A stretch of DNA of 64,000 bases from Podarcis gaigeae (taxonomy: Eukaryota): NCBI GenBank assembly GCA_964106915.2, contig OZ066915.1. One strand, given 5' to 3'. The stretch's first letter is position 1. The number at the start of each line of letters is the position of its first letter. Of this stretch, positions 1 to 11,891 are shown piece by piece. The notes below the pieces were generated by a model. The model made no database searches. It worked only from the letters and a program-made list of their open reading frames with translations, and had not been told where the DNA came from. Both the position numbers and the translations under genes were made by a program.

Positions 1-3000
1 GAAGAACCCCCATAACAGGGGGTGGAGGGGAGATTGTTCTACCAGAAAAGCAGAAATGCTTGCACTGATGGAATGATCTCCTTATCACCATGTTGAATTC
101 GTCCCACTATCTCTGTTATGAGGAAGATGATTAGGACTACCAGTAAATACCAAATTATGCATATTTATTTTCATGCTGACGCCAGGTTGTCTGTTTATAA
201 ACAAGCACATGTGAGAGGAGAGAAAGCGGCTGTCCTGAAGGAGCAAAATAATTAAAAACGAATTCTCAGGCATTTAAAGTTATACTTATGAATTCCACCA
301 TTTAAAAAAACCAACCCTCAGTCTGAAAAAGGATTTTTATTTATTTATTTAATTCATACACCACCCTTCATCATAGGATCACAGGATGCTTTGCAGCATA
401 AAAACACACATTTTAAAAAAAACCACAAATGAAAGAATAACCCTCCTCACCACATTTGTTATCATCTTGTTGCCATAAACACCTGATCATGTTGAGAGTC
501 CAGCTGCTGTAATGATTCAAGAGAGCTCTTATCTGCACTGACTACTAATTATGAATTTAAAGTAATGACTATAACACCTTACTTACACTGGATCAGCTGT
601 GATGTATTATTTCTCACTAATTAGTTGGGCTTTCTGCTACATTCTTGCAGCCATTTTGACTTACCAAATACATGTAGAATTGCAGCTTAATAATATAATC
701 TTTTATCAAAATGACCATTCACAACTTTTAATTACTTCCTCCTACTCTTTCCATTCAAAGAAGATTAAATATGGTAAGAACGGCCTTAACAGGTGAACAC
801 AACAGTTGGATTAAGAAGTCTTACAGACTACTTAAACCCTCAGATTTCATGATGGTACACGAAATGATATGTTCATGATGGAACATATCATTTGCAACAG
901 GACTTATGTTTCTGCCAGTTTTTTACATAAACACACACACACTCACAAAGATTAATTTCTTGTAATTAGCTTTTTTTGTTCTTTGTTGGTCTTCTTGTTA
1001 TTATAGATTTGTATTAATACAATAAGAATTTAATAAAAATTACTTGTTAAAAAGCTCAATTTTTCATGTTCCCTAACTGAAAGCCAACCTTTGTTCATCA
1101 CAAAGCATTAGAAGATATGTCTCATTACTTGTAGCTCCCACAATCAGCAAATGAAGCAGTCACAAGAAGACAAGCAGGCTAATAGTACAAAGAACTGGAG
1201 AGATGAAATTTATGGGAAGTATTATGCAGCCCTGCACAGAACTATCACAACAGCTACCAACGTCATAAGAGTGAAATGTGAGAACATAAAGTGGAATCTC
1301 AAAAGATTAAAATCAGAAGGCACAATTGCCCTCCTCACGTGTGCCTCCATGTATACACATAAAGAGAGACGGTGCTGTGTTCTCCTAGCCCTGCCCCTGA
1401 TGTTGCTATACCTCCGACACTTGCACATTGAGTGGGATTCTGCAAAGGCACAGCTATGCATGTACATGGAAAGGCATTTTATGTGAGGACACCTCGACCA
1501 TGCAGGGATCCTTGTCATCTCAATTGTCTATTTGCATACAATTGTACAATACTCTTTTCTGGTGCACCACTCAATACCCAGATTTCAGATATGCAGCAAA
1601 AGTCCTGGCCCTGCCTTTCTCCTGCCCTCCATTTTTAGTGAATGTGTATGGTTCAATGCTAAGCCCATGGCAGCCAGAAGCAGAATGGGCAGCATTTCCT
1701 GGTAATCCAGTATAAACTCTTGGAGCTATTGTGATCATCTGAAAGCATGAACTGTGCTGTACAGAGAAACACACTGGGCCCTTCCTACCCTCAACATACT
1801 AAATAGCAGAATTAAAGTCACATCATTTCCTGAAGACCACTGATTTGAAATTGGGGTTTACGGGACACTGCGCTGATGTACTTTTGGAGTGATTCACACT
1901 CTTGTCTCTCTAACTGCTACTCCCTTGTCTCGCTTTCTCTTTATCCACATCTCCCTCTTCCCCCATTTTCCTCCCTCCTTGTCCTATGTGGACCTGGAGC
2001 TGCTGGTTGCCCAGTCTGCTCTGTGGGTCACTGTTGGACCACCTCAGAATACAGGGATTGGTTACAGATACAAAGCAGCACTTTCCGTCCTTGTAAGAGG
2101 AAGTGAGCCTGCTTCCTGGGATGCAGCCAGTGCATTTCCAAGGAACATGCATTTGTTTCTACTGTACACTTAACTTTATGGCTGTGCAAAGCTGCCAGTG
2201 GGGACTACTGCTGTCTGGCACCCCTTTCCTCCAAGGAAGACTAAGTCAACATTCAGAAAGGGCCTTTGTGAGTGGTTTGTCAAGGGCCGAATGATCCAGA
2301 CTGCTCAGCAATGCAGCACTTGGGTGTAGAGAAGCAGGGGACCGAATTGCTTTAGAGCACTATTAGCTTTCCTACTCATAAAGTGAGGAAGGCCGTTCCC
2401 TTGCTGAAAAAGGAATTAACACACAGACAGGGTGCTGTCAAAACACCACTCATTTGAGGACATATCCAAGTCTCTTACCAATACCAGGGAGAGCAGCCAG
2501 AGCACTTTGAACTGAACTGTTTCAAGAGACAGGCCTCCTGCTTCATTCAACCTGTGGGGCACACAATGGTGCCATAACTGCCCCGAGGACTCTGCAGTGA
2601 GATGGGGAGACTGCTCACCTAGAAAGGAGGCGGCACATGCCGTGGAGAAAGGGGCTTCAAGTGACTTTCTCTAGGAGAGTGTTCAGGACTTGTGTTTGTT
2701 ATAGGGAAATCAACAAAAACAAAGTGGTCCTGTAAAAGACTGTATGTGGCATGTCTACTGCCACATACATGTATGATACAATACCAAAGTGCAAATCCAG
2801 ACATAGGCAATTGCAAAGACCTCATAGAAATGGATGGTTGAGCTAACCCAATGTTTTGTGTTGAATTTTGACTATTTCTACTGAGGAATCTTATATCGTT
2901 CCAGAAAACGTCTGATGCTTTAATGGTCATGTTGTATTTTGCTAATGGGTTTTGTGTTGTCTTCTCCAGCTGCTGAGACTGAAAAGCTTTGCATAGCTTG

Positions 3001-3972
3001 AAAAAAACTGTGAGAGGAAAGTCCCATTTAAGCATGTTAGGCCTAATGGAATTACAACCCACAGATCACTTCCTGATGGCTAAAACTAATTTGATATTAA
3101 TTGAATTACTCTTCCTGCTCAGCCTGCCACATAGCAGTGACCTAGCTCTCACTGAAGTGGTAAACATGTGTCTCGCTTGTACCAGTTCACAGTGCATTTG
3201 GAGGCTCACATGGTGGGATGCTCCCCTACACATAGAAAATGAGCATGCCAGAGAGAAGACCAGACCAGAGGCCTTCTTCCTGACATGCTATTTTCCTAGG
3301 TGAAGGGATTTTTTTTTTCATGAACAAAGGAAAATTCAATCACATGGATCCCCCCTTGCTCTCAGAGAGAACTGGATATTTTTGTTCAATTTCTTTAATA
3401 AAATAAATGCTTAAATCTGCATCATCTCAGATGACGATTTTAGCTCAGTGACCTCAACATTCAAGCCTACTTCATCATCTATATGGAGAATGTAAAGTTC
3501 ATGGGCCTAACCAGGTCTGACTTCACATACTGATGGATATATAGATAAAGGATTAGGAACAGCTCAGTTCTTGTAAAAGTTTTGCTGCTTTGCATCATCC
3601 ATTTTGTGGAGAAGTATGTTTGACACTGGGTCTCAACAACACTTTCCCTTCCCTTCCCTGGAAAACACACCACTTCAAGATCAGAGAGGAGAAATCAATT
3701 CATTTACAGCTCACTTCAGGGCATATGCACACACTCTGGAATCACAGTTCAAGAAAGACATGGACATGGGGGGAAAAGAACACTTAATATTTGCTTAGAG
3801 GAAAAAGATTGCAAGTGGGGCAGAGATTAATTTTACATATATTTACAAGGTTTTCAGGAAGAAAAACACAGTATCACCAGAGGACTATTTAAATTACAGA
3901 AAGGCTGTGTTGTTGTTGTTTTTAAATTAAATATTAGGAAATTTGAGCTAACCCTGTCTATGGAAGTTACGT

Positions 3973-4132
3973 TAGGATTGCCATATTTCAAAAAGTAAAA
4001 ACCAGGACACACTGAAATTTGATGAGTTGTTTTTTGTTTCAATTGACATGCCTAAGATCCAGGACAAAGACATCAATTCCACCTTTGAAATCCCAGTAAT
4101 GTCTGGGAAAATCCAGATGTATGGCAGTCCTA
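3973..4132. mobile_element. hAT (Blackjack-like) MITE
   Basis: Inverted termini TAGGATTGCCATA / TATGGCAGTCCTA, flanked by a degenerate 8-bp TSD AGTTACGT / AGTTACCG. Confidence 0.6.
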
Positions 4133-4357
4133 AGTTACCGTATCACTCTCTTTCATGCAACATTTTCATGAAAAGTGCCGTCTGTCCAGAGTAGCCTTTC
4201 CTTTTTCAGATCCAGGAGAGGCCTTTCATTTCAACCTGAAGAATGGGGAACCCCCTTTTAAAATCCATTTGCAGCCTGTCTCTTAGTTACCATTGGCGTG
4301 ATCCACCTTCTATCAGACCCAGTTGTGGCCCATGAGTTGAAGACCAATGACATAGCA

Positions 4358-4691
4358 CAGAGGCAGGGAATCTCAGACCTGAGGGTCAAGCACAGCCCTA
4401 GTCTAGGCTGCTCTCTCTGTCCCCAATAATTCCTCCCAGGCTACCCCCTCACTCAGAGTGTTTTTGCCTGGCTGGAATGTGTCCTTGTACTCTGATAATG
4501 CCTCTTAACTTGATGGAGGACACAGAGGGTTTTGTGTGTCTGTAGAAAGTAGCCTACTGTAAAAAGGGCACAAACGCATTCATTGCTCTGTCCATTTTTG
4601 CCCCGATCCTACCCATCGCTGGCATGTGGCCTTCAGAAGGTTTTCCGGAAAGGAATGTAGCCCTCAGGCTGAAAAAGATTCCTCACTTCTG
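4358..4691. mobile_element. Old non-autonomous hAT-type DNA transposon
   Basis: CAGAGG...CTTCTG termini. The right end resembles the reverse complement of the element at 16283. No clear TSD. Confidence 0.45.
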
Positions 4692-6211
4692 GAATAAGAG
4701 TACACTGCCTTAATATACTGCTTGAGTCATATGATCAGTGGGATTAGGCACAACTCTGAAGTTAAGAGGGAAAAGGGAGTCTTATAGAAGTGACAGAGTG
4801 CCAGCCTAATTTCTATTGAATGGGATTGCAGAAATGACGAAGAAGCCTGCACCGTTAATGCCTAAGAAGCCATCTGTCTTGGCTGCAAAGTTCACTTCCT
4901 TTCCCTTTTCAGACCTTGACCTTCAAGAAAACTTGTCACCTTGAAGAGATGTGTCAGTACAGTCCTATTGTTCCAACGGCAAAGATGAGCAAGGCAGCTC
5001 AAGGTCATTACATTTTGGGTTGCAAAACAAAAGCTAAAGTAACGTAGTTCTTACAGATTTCAAATGCAGACTACATCAGGCCTAAATCAGAGCCCTGAGA
5101 AACCCTGTTGTTCAGTAATTTGTCAGGAGCACAGCTCAAGGCATGTCTAACAGCCAATAGTAATGTCACCATGGAAAGTTACCGAGAAAATATCTCTTTT
5201 TTAACAATGAAAAGGCAATTATCTCACACACCCTGAACTTATAAAAATGCAGCAGTCGCTACTGAATCTTGCTGAGAGTGGAAAAACACTGGCCATTAAA
5301 TGGCAACCCCATATACAAGCTAGAGTAGTGCACTCAAAGGTCTTTGATTAACCTAACATCTTTGCATTAGAAGCATTCAACTCATTTGGCAATTCGGAAT
5401 AAGTTTAGGGCACTTGCTTGGATGCAGTCAATTTACCATGCACTTGCCACACCAGCTTTATGTAGATCACTTAAAATTGATGCATATCCCTTAAAAGCAG
5501 AGAGTGTTGGTTCCCAACCACAAGCATTTAGAACTATTTAGACCTTTAAAATATGGTCCCTTTAGCATATGTAGTGGTTGTGAATGAATTCACTGTTTCC
5601 TCAGGGTTCTTACTTCACATGAATTAGATGCTACACCTTTCATTTTTTGGCTCACACACATAAATTTTTGTTAGTTTTCTGTTGGGGGGAGGAAGGTATG
5701 TTATTTTTCCATCAGTTTAAATGTAGGATACATCTTAATTGTACTATTGTTACAGAGAAAATGAATACGTCAAAGTGCATCCCTATATTTGAAAATGAAT
5801 TTAAAGTATTTTTTTAAAAAACAATGCTCCCAGCTTCACCAAAAGAAAGCCAATCTTGCATTACAAGTAAGAGGCAGGTTTCAAAAGATTAATGTTTCAA
5901 AGAAAAAGACTTGCATAAAAATCACATGTACTAATTTATATGTATAGCTGCAACATATGCATACATATATTATTATTATTATTATTAACATCAGAAATAG
6001 TTACTAAAATTTAAACAGACACACAGAGCTTCCTATTTATGCAGGGGTTATATCCCAGGCCCCTGCACCCGTAAGTGAAATTGTGTAAAGAGGGAAGCAC
6101 CCTCTAAAAATCCTTTAAATGCTTTCTCTTTAATTCATACCAAAAATACTGCATGTATTCCAAAGAACTGAAGCTCTGGGGCTGGCAGGAGGCTAGAGGA
6201 TGCATGGGAAA

Positions 6212-6212
<1 letters not shown>

Positions 6213-6269
<57 letters not shown>
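6213..6269. repeat. (CTG)19 microsatellite
   Basis: Pure CTG run seen directly. Confidence 0.97.
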
Positions 6270-6270
<1 letters not shown>

Positions 6271-7852
6271 ACTACCCCACACACCAGCTGTTAAGTGGGG
6301 AAGCTGAGCCCTGCTGTGCCTCTGGTCTCTTTGGGGCTTCCTCACGAGCCGAGAGGGCTCTCCAGCTCTCTCCTGCCACTTCTGGGTATGAATTGAATGA
6401 CTTAATTACTTTCTTGTGCTGTACATATACACAGTCACACACAAGTAGAACACACGTAAGTTGGGGGATGTCAGTATAATACACCTAATTTCACCATAAT
6501 GGAGAGGAGAAGGTGACTTGTGTGCCTGCTCAGTCTGCTGTCCAGGTGCTAACTGCTGGTGGGCAACATCAAGGCCTCTCCTGCTCTCCTCTTTCATGGT
6601 TCTTTATCTTTAAATTGGACTTTGAATTGAGAGCCCTTTAAATGGAGGATGACTTCAAATAGAGGCTGGCCCTCTGTAAACAGAACACATGGCCACTCTG
6701 ATTCGGGAGTATTTCACCTCTGGAAGAGACAGGGGAATAAGCTAGGAGGAGGGGAGACAGGGCGACTCAGCAATAAGGGGTCACTTAAGATATGCAGCAG
6801 GGATCTCTGATTGCACATTTAAAAGCAGCTGCACAAAAACATGCAAGCAACTTTACATAGGGAAGCATCTGGCAAATATTTCCACCAAAACATCTCCCTT
6901 GCAACTTGTAAAATAGAGGGTTAAGCACCCACTAAGTCCTGCAGCTGCTGCAGCCAAATTAGTCATTTGCTGTACTAATGGAAACCAATTATTCTGCTTT
7001 GATTTTCACTTTCCTCAAATAAAGCAGCCTGGATCTCCCAGGAAATTGCCCTCCAGCTGCTGCTCTCTCTGCCCCAGCAATTACTCTACAGACATGCCTG
7101 GTCAACTTTGAACATCTGTTCAGGGGCAAAGGGTAAGTCAATGGCATGCAGTCGCTCTCTTGCCCTCTGTCCATTGAGGAGAGCAAACTGTGTTTCTACA
7201 GAGTTGGAATTACTGGACAAATCTCAGTCACCTCTGCCTCTGCTTTGATCAGAGATCACTTATTGCAGTTGGACCTCTCTCCAGCCCAACAGTCTCACCT
7301 GATGGCACCAATGCAGCCTCCAGTTCAAAGGATGCAAGTTGAGGTCACACTATTGGTTCAGCCACAGGTGACCATGAAGTGATGAAAATCCAAGATGGTC
7401 AAGTATATCAATACCAAAGTATAAAAGCCTCAACAAATGTCAAATATGTAAATAGGGATGAAGGGAGGAAAATCAATAACCTGTGCCTCACCAATTATGT
7501 AGATACTGACATACAGCACAGACTAAAAAAAGACAGTGGTTGTAGGGAGTTTGATCTGGCTTCTGAAATCTATGCATCTGCCCTTGAGAATTCTCTCATT
7601 CTCCCTCTTCTTCCCTCCCTCTCTCTCACACACACATTTGCTTCCTCCACAGGAACAACACTACAGCTAACACCTTAGCAAGATCATCCACACGATAAGC
7701 AGCCAATAATAATTGCATCAGCACACACAGAAAATGAAATTGGAGAGAAGGGGCAAAATCTGAATGGAGAGTCAACTTTTTTTTAATGCTGGCATTTTGA
7801 ATGTTGTTCAACTTTTGTGCCCGGATTTTCACTTTTTGAAATATGGTAGCCC

Positions 7853-7983
7853 TAGGTGTGAGGAATCTTTGGCCCTCCAGATACTGCTGAACTACAATTC
7901 CCATCATCCTCAGCAAGCATGGCCAGGGATGATGCGAGTTGTAGTACAGCAACATCTGGAGGGCCAAAGGTTCTGCACATCTG
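7853..7983. mobile_element. Palindromic hAT MITE, diverged copy
   Basis: Imperfect inverted arms TTTGGCCCTCCAGAT...ATCTGGAGGGCCAAA; same family as 17521-17656. Confidence 0.75.
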
Positions 7984-7988
7984 CTTAA

Positions 7989-8152
7989 GGACAATGATTT
8001 GCTGTATAGCTAAGTTGGTTAGAGCATAGTGTTGATAACACCAGGGTTGTAGGTTTGATTCCCCTACAGTACAGTTGCATAGTCCTGCATTGCAGGGGGT
8101 GGACTAGATCATCCTTCCTCAGGGGTCCCTTCCAACTCTATGATTCTATGAT
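7989..8152 (+). mobile_element. tRNA-derived SINE with CR1-type 3' end (Squam3-like)
   Basis: A-box-like TAGCTAAGTTGG and B-box-like GGTTTGATTCC. The 3' end CCTGCATTGCAGGGGG...CCCTTCCAACTCTATGATTCTATGA is shared with the CR1 at 21908-22283. Confidence 0.75.
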
Positions 8153-9505
8153 CAGTTTCCTTATGCAGAAAAACTGAAAAATGAGATAATCTGAAAAGCT
8201 GGATAACCAAAAAGACCTGTGATGGCATGGAACAGGTCTGTTTGATCTAGTACAGCCAAGCAAATTATAATGCATGACTTCACCCCAAAGTGTAAAGATA
8301 GCACTGATCGAATTCAAAGCCGAACACTCTACTGCTATCAGGGATTTGGCAGTGACAGAAAGTGTGGTTGTATACCACTACAGAAGCATACTGCAAGGAT
8401 AATGAGGCTGTACACTGCTTGTACAAATTCACTAAAGCAAAGGTAACAACAAAGGATGAAGGTTGGAGAAACAGAGCAAGGTGATGATCTGGCATAGCAA
8501 CAGAAAGGATGTCACTGCCTCCAGCCATAAGCCTTCCCTGAGGACACCATATCCTGGGGAGGACCATAGTGAGGAAAATTTCAGAATTGTGCCAGGGGAG
8601 TCACTTGTTAACTTCAAAAGGCTGAAAGACTCAAACACACCAGTCGCAATGAAAACAGAAGCCTCAAGCTCAATTAGCTTTCACAGAATGAAGGAGTTGG
8701 AAGCTGAAGTGGCTGGCAGGGTGGACACAGCCTATCCAGTCTCTGCTTAGTTACCTCCACCTTCGTTAGTCTGTTCCATTGCTGAATGGCTATTACCATT
8801 CAGAAGGTTCTCCTGAGTTTCAGCCAAAATCTACATTCTAGTATGAATGTGTATTTATACATTATGCTGTGCTTTGGGTATTAAAATACAAGCTTTCAGG
8901 TGTGCATGCACTGAAAGTCTGTGATGCTGACATAAGGTTTTTTTTAAACTATATTTTTAGTTAAGAGGCCTAATCACAGAAGTTGTCATGAAGGTCACAA
9001 AGAAACTACAATCACATGTATCACAAATATAATGTGTGAAGTTCTAGACAGACAAAAATGACTAACTCTTGGAGGGCAAACTATCCAGAACAATAGGGTC
9101 ACAATCTTGGTTGTGGTCCTTTGGTGCTACGGTGTGATCTATTCTTCCACGCCTACCCCTAAAAAATAATAATAATACAATGAAGATCCAAAGATTACAA
9201 AATTGCAAAGATTTACATAGATGCCCTGAGAAACTGTAAACAGCAGAGGAGCTTGGGCTGCTTCGCAAGACCCACCCCTCCTTTTACTAAGCCTGCTTCT
9301 TTATCTCCCCTTGTAATAGTGCTGCTGGCGCAAATTGCTGCAGCTCTCATGTGCCACTCTGATGCCCAGTCCAAGGATAGCTGTGCAGGATTTTTCTGCC
9401 CCCACATGGCACAACAAAGAAACTACATGCCATTCAGGAAAAAAAACCCTTCACTACTGTCCTCCCCTTCCCCTCTCTTCTTATCATCACTCCCTCTTAC
9501 ACAAG

Positions 9506-9680
9506 CCAATAGGATTTCTTCTTGGTCCACAAAGCTTACCCTTCAGTGTTCACAGGCAGCTTGTAAATAGGAGCAGAAGAGGGTGAAAGTGTTTGCATAC
9601 AGTGCTGTCGGCTGAAAGATGAAACAACCGACAGGAAAGAGTGATGCTGCTCAATATAACCCAGAAAGGAAGATATCCGG
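9506..9680 (+). promoter_or_regulatory. AMIGO3: Putative AMIGO3 promoter and 5' exon
   Basis: CCAAT at 9506-9510, TGTAAATA near 9562, a good donor CGG|GTAAGA at 9680/9681, and a matching pyrimidine tract with CAG acceptor at 10253/10254. The transcription start is inferred, not observed. Confidence 0.4.
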
Positions 9681-10307
9681 GTAAGAGCTGCTTTCTTTGG
9701 CGTTTCTATATGAGATTACAGAGGTGAAGAAATGGGCTCGTATTGGCCCTTTTATGATGAATCTGTACTGGAGTTGCTTAGCCTCAAGATAAGGATCCAC
9801 TAATGGAAACTTTGGGATCTAAGGACATTTGACTTGGCAAAGCAAAAAATAAATTTAAAAAAATGGATCCAGCTTCTCCCTGGACCAATGTTACTGAAGG
9901 AGCAGCCTCAAATAGATGCAAGGTTGGGTTATTCGGAGAGGGACACTTTAGAGGCAAATCCTGTAAACATGCTCAAGGCTTTTGAATCAGAGCTCAAGAT
10001 GATCTATATAGACATACCTTGTTTTTGAAATTATTTGAGGCAATACCTGCACACAGACTCCTGCCAGTTTCTACAACTACCAAGAGAGGCATGCAGAACA
10101 GCAGTTACATGCTGGCCTTTGATTACAGCATATTTCTTAAATGCCTGTTTATTCTGAGTGAGACAACCCAATATTTTAAGGAGCATAATTCAGAGTCTTT
10201 AGGCACCATCTGATTTTACCAATTAATTCTACTGTTGCCCTTTCACACATCAGTGTCTTGCAAGAGGATTATACTCAGTGTGAATTTGACTTTGAGAACT
10301 TATTTCC

Positions 10308-11891
10308 ATGCTAGTGACAAACCAGGGTGAGCTCCACTGTTACATGATGAATGTACTGACCTTGGCTTTATTTATTTGGAAACTGCTTGGAAAGCTGTTA
10401 GTTTTCTTTGTCCTGTGCATTCAAGTCAGCACCTTAAACAACTGCACTCTCAGAAGATGTCCTGAAGTTTGCATTTGTACTGCTGATCTCATGAGTTGTG
10501 CCAAGAAGGATCTTGAACAGGTCCCCAGCACCCTGCTTCCCACAGCCACTACCTTGGACCTCAGCTACAATAACATTACTCAGCTTAATGACTACTGGCT
10601 GGCTGCCTTACCACGTCTCCTGACCCTCAGGATCAGCCACAACAAGATCCACAATATCACCCGGCAAGTGTTCCACAATGCCACTTACATTGTACACCTG
10701 GACATGTCTTCCAACTACCTGAGCACTGTGGAGAAGTATTACTTTGATGGCCTTGTGAAGTTGGAGGAGCTCTTGCTATACAACAACAAGATTGTACAAG
10801 TCGATCAAAATGCTTTTGTCAAGTTAATCAGATTGCAAAAAGTCTACCTGAGTTGGAACAGGCTAACAAAATTTCCATTTGAGTCCATTCAAAGACTTGA
10901 ACACCCATACCTGAGAACCCTGGATCTGTCTGCTAACAACCTAAGCAGCATTCCAGTTCAAGTAATAGCAACTTTGCCTGGGTACATAAAAAATGGCTTG
11001 TACCTTCACAACAACCCTGTGATATGTGACTGCTCTCTTCATCTGATGCTCCAGGAATGGAAGCACCGCGGTTTCAGTTCTGCGGAGGATTTTGTAGAGG
11101 AGCACACCTGCAAAGCTTTCCCCAATGTGCCACGTTCCTTAGTCAACACCTTCAATTACAACAAGTATATTGGAGATTGCTCCTGGAACCAATTTGACAT
11201 TCCCCAAATCCTCTGCCAAGTGGGAGAATCCTTGGTAATAGACTGCAACACGAGCCTCCATAATGACAATACCACAAACTACAGATGGATCTCTCCTAGA
11301 CATGAATTATTCATGTACCCTGAGCACAGTAATCAGGAACATCAACCTTTCAGAAATGGAAGCCTATTGATCAGAAAGGGTAACCGTTCCCATTCCGGCG
11401 TTTATGTGTGCATAGCCATCAACGAGCTCCAACAGATCAACCAGACGTTTGAAGTCAACATCACATTTCAATACCCCAAACCACCCGAGTCTTTCAATAC
11501 CGGCCTCACAACCCTCTTAGGGTGTGTTGTAACTCTGGTACTTGTCCTCATGTACTTGTACCTCACACCATGTCGCTGCTCCAAGTGCTTCAAGAAGCCC
11601 GCAAGCCCCCCTCCAGACTGCAGCGCCCAATCGTCCATCCTTAGTACCACCCCGCCAGCCACAGATGGGCCAAATCGCAAGATCAGCGCAAACAAGCATG
11701 TTGTTTTCCTAGAGCCCATCAAGGAAGCCCAGAATGGCAAGGTCAGGTTGGCCGTCAGCGAGGACTTTCCAGAAGCTAAAAGCCCCAGACTCTTACAGCT
11801 CAAGCTGGACAGTGAATCAATCAGCTCAGTCTTTTCAGATCCTCTCATCATGTCCTATGAGGAACGAGAACAGACACCGGCAGATGGATAG
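10308..11891 (+). CDS. AMIGO3: Amphoterin-induced protein 3 (LRR + Ig type I membrane protein), nested antisense in an RNF123 intron
   Basis: 527-aa ORF with hydrophobic leader, LRRNT (CPEVCIC), about 6 LRRs, LRRCT (LYLHNNPVICDC), an Ig domain (GVYVC), TM FNTGLTTLLGCVVTLVLVLMYLYLTPCRC and the AMIGO tail (SAQSSILSTTP, VVFLEP, SSVFSD). The paralog call rests on the FNTGxTTLLGC motif and known nesting in RNF123. The true start may be the ATG at 10344 or 10347. Confidence 0.93.
   Translation: MLVTNQGELHCYMMNVLTLALFIWKLLGKLLVFFVLCIQVSTLNNCTLRRCPEVCICTADLMSCAKKDLEQVPSTLLPTATTLDLSYNNITQLNDYWLAALPRLLTLRISHNKIHNITRQVFHNATYIVHLDMSSNYLSTVEKYYFDGLVKLEELLLYNNKIVQVDQNAFVKLIRLQKVYLSWNRLTKFPFESIQRLEHPYLRTLDLSANNLSSIPVQVIATLPGYIKNGLYLHNNPVICDCSLHLMLQEWKHRGFSSAEDFVEEHTCKAFPNVPRSLVNTFNYNKYIGDCSWNQFDIPQILCQVGESLVIDCNTSLHNDNTTNYRWISPRHELFMYPEHSNQEHQPFRNGSLLIRKGNRSHSGVYVCIAINELQQINQTFEVNITFQYPKPPESFNTGLTTLLGCVVTLVLVLMYLYLTPCRCSKCFKKPASPPPDCSAQSSILSTTPPATDGPNRKISANKHVVFLEPIKEAQNGKVRLAVSEDFPEAKSPRLLQLKLDSESISSVFSDPLIMSYEEREQTPADG

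Noticed and set aside
1571-1774. Minus-strand SSCFQM peptide as the next RNF123 exon (DPCFQL)
   Set aside because: Only CFQ matches and the flanks do not align, whereas true exons here match the recalled orthologue closely.
6153-6479. ORF with poly-Leu resembling a signal peptide
   Set aside because: The Leu run is just the (CTG)19 microsatellite.
7989-8075. tRNA-like sequences (also near 16150, 25440-25509, 30720-30790, 41220-41291, 55390, 57745)
   Set aside because: SINE heads continuous with SINE bodies; no intact cloverleaf.
11468-11851. 127-aa minus-strand ORF over the AMIGO3 3' end
   Set aside because: Antisense shadow of a coding region; no resemblance to the missing RNF123 exons.
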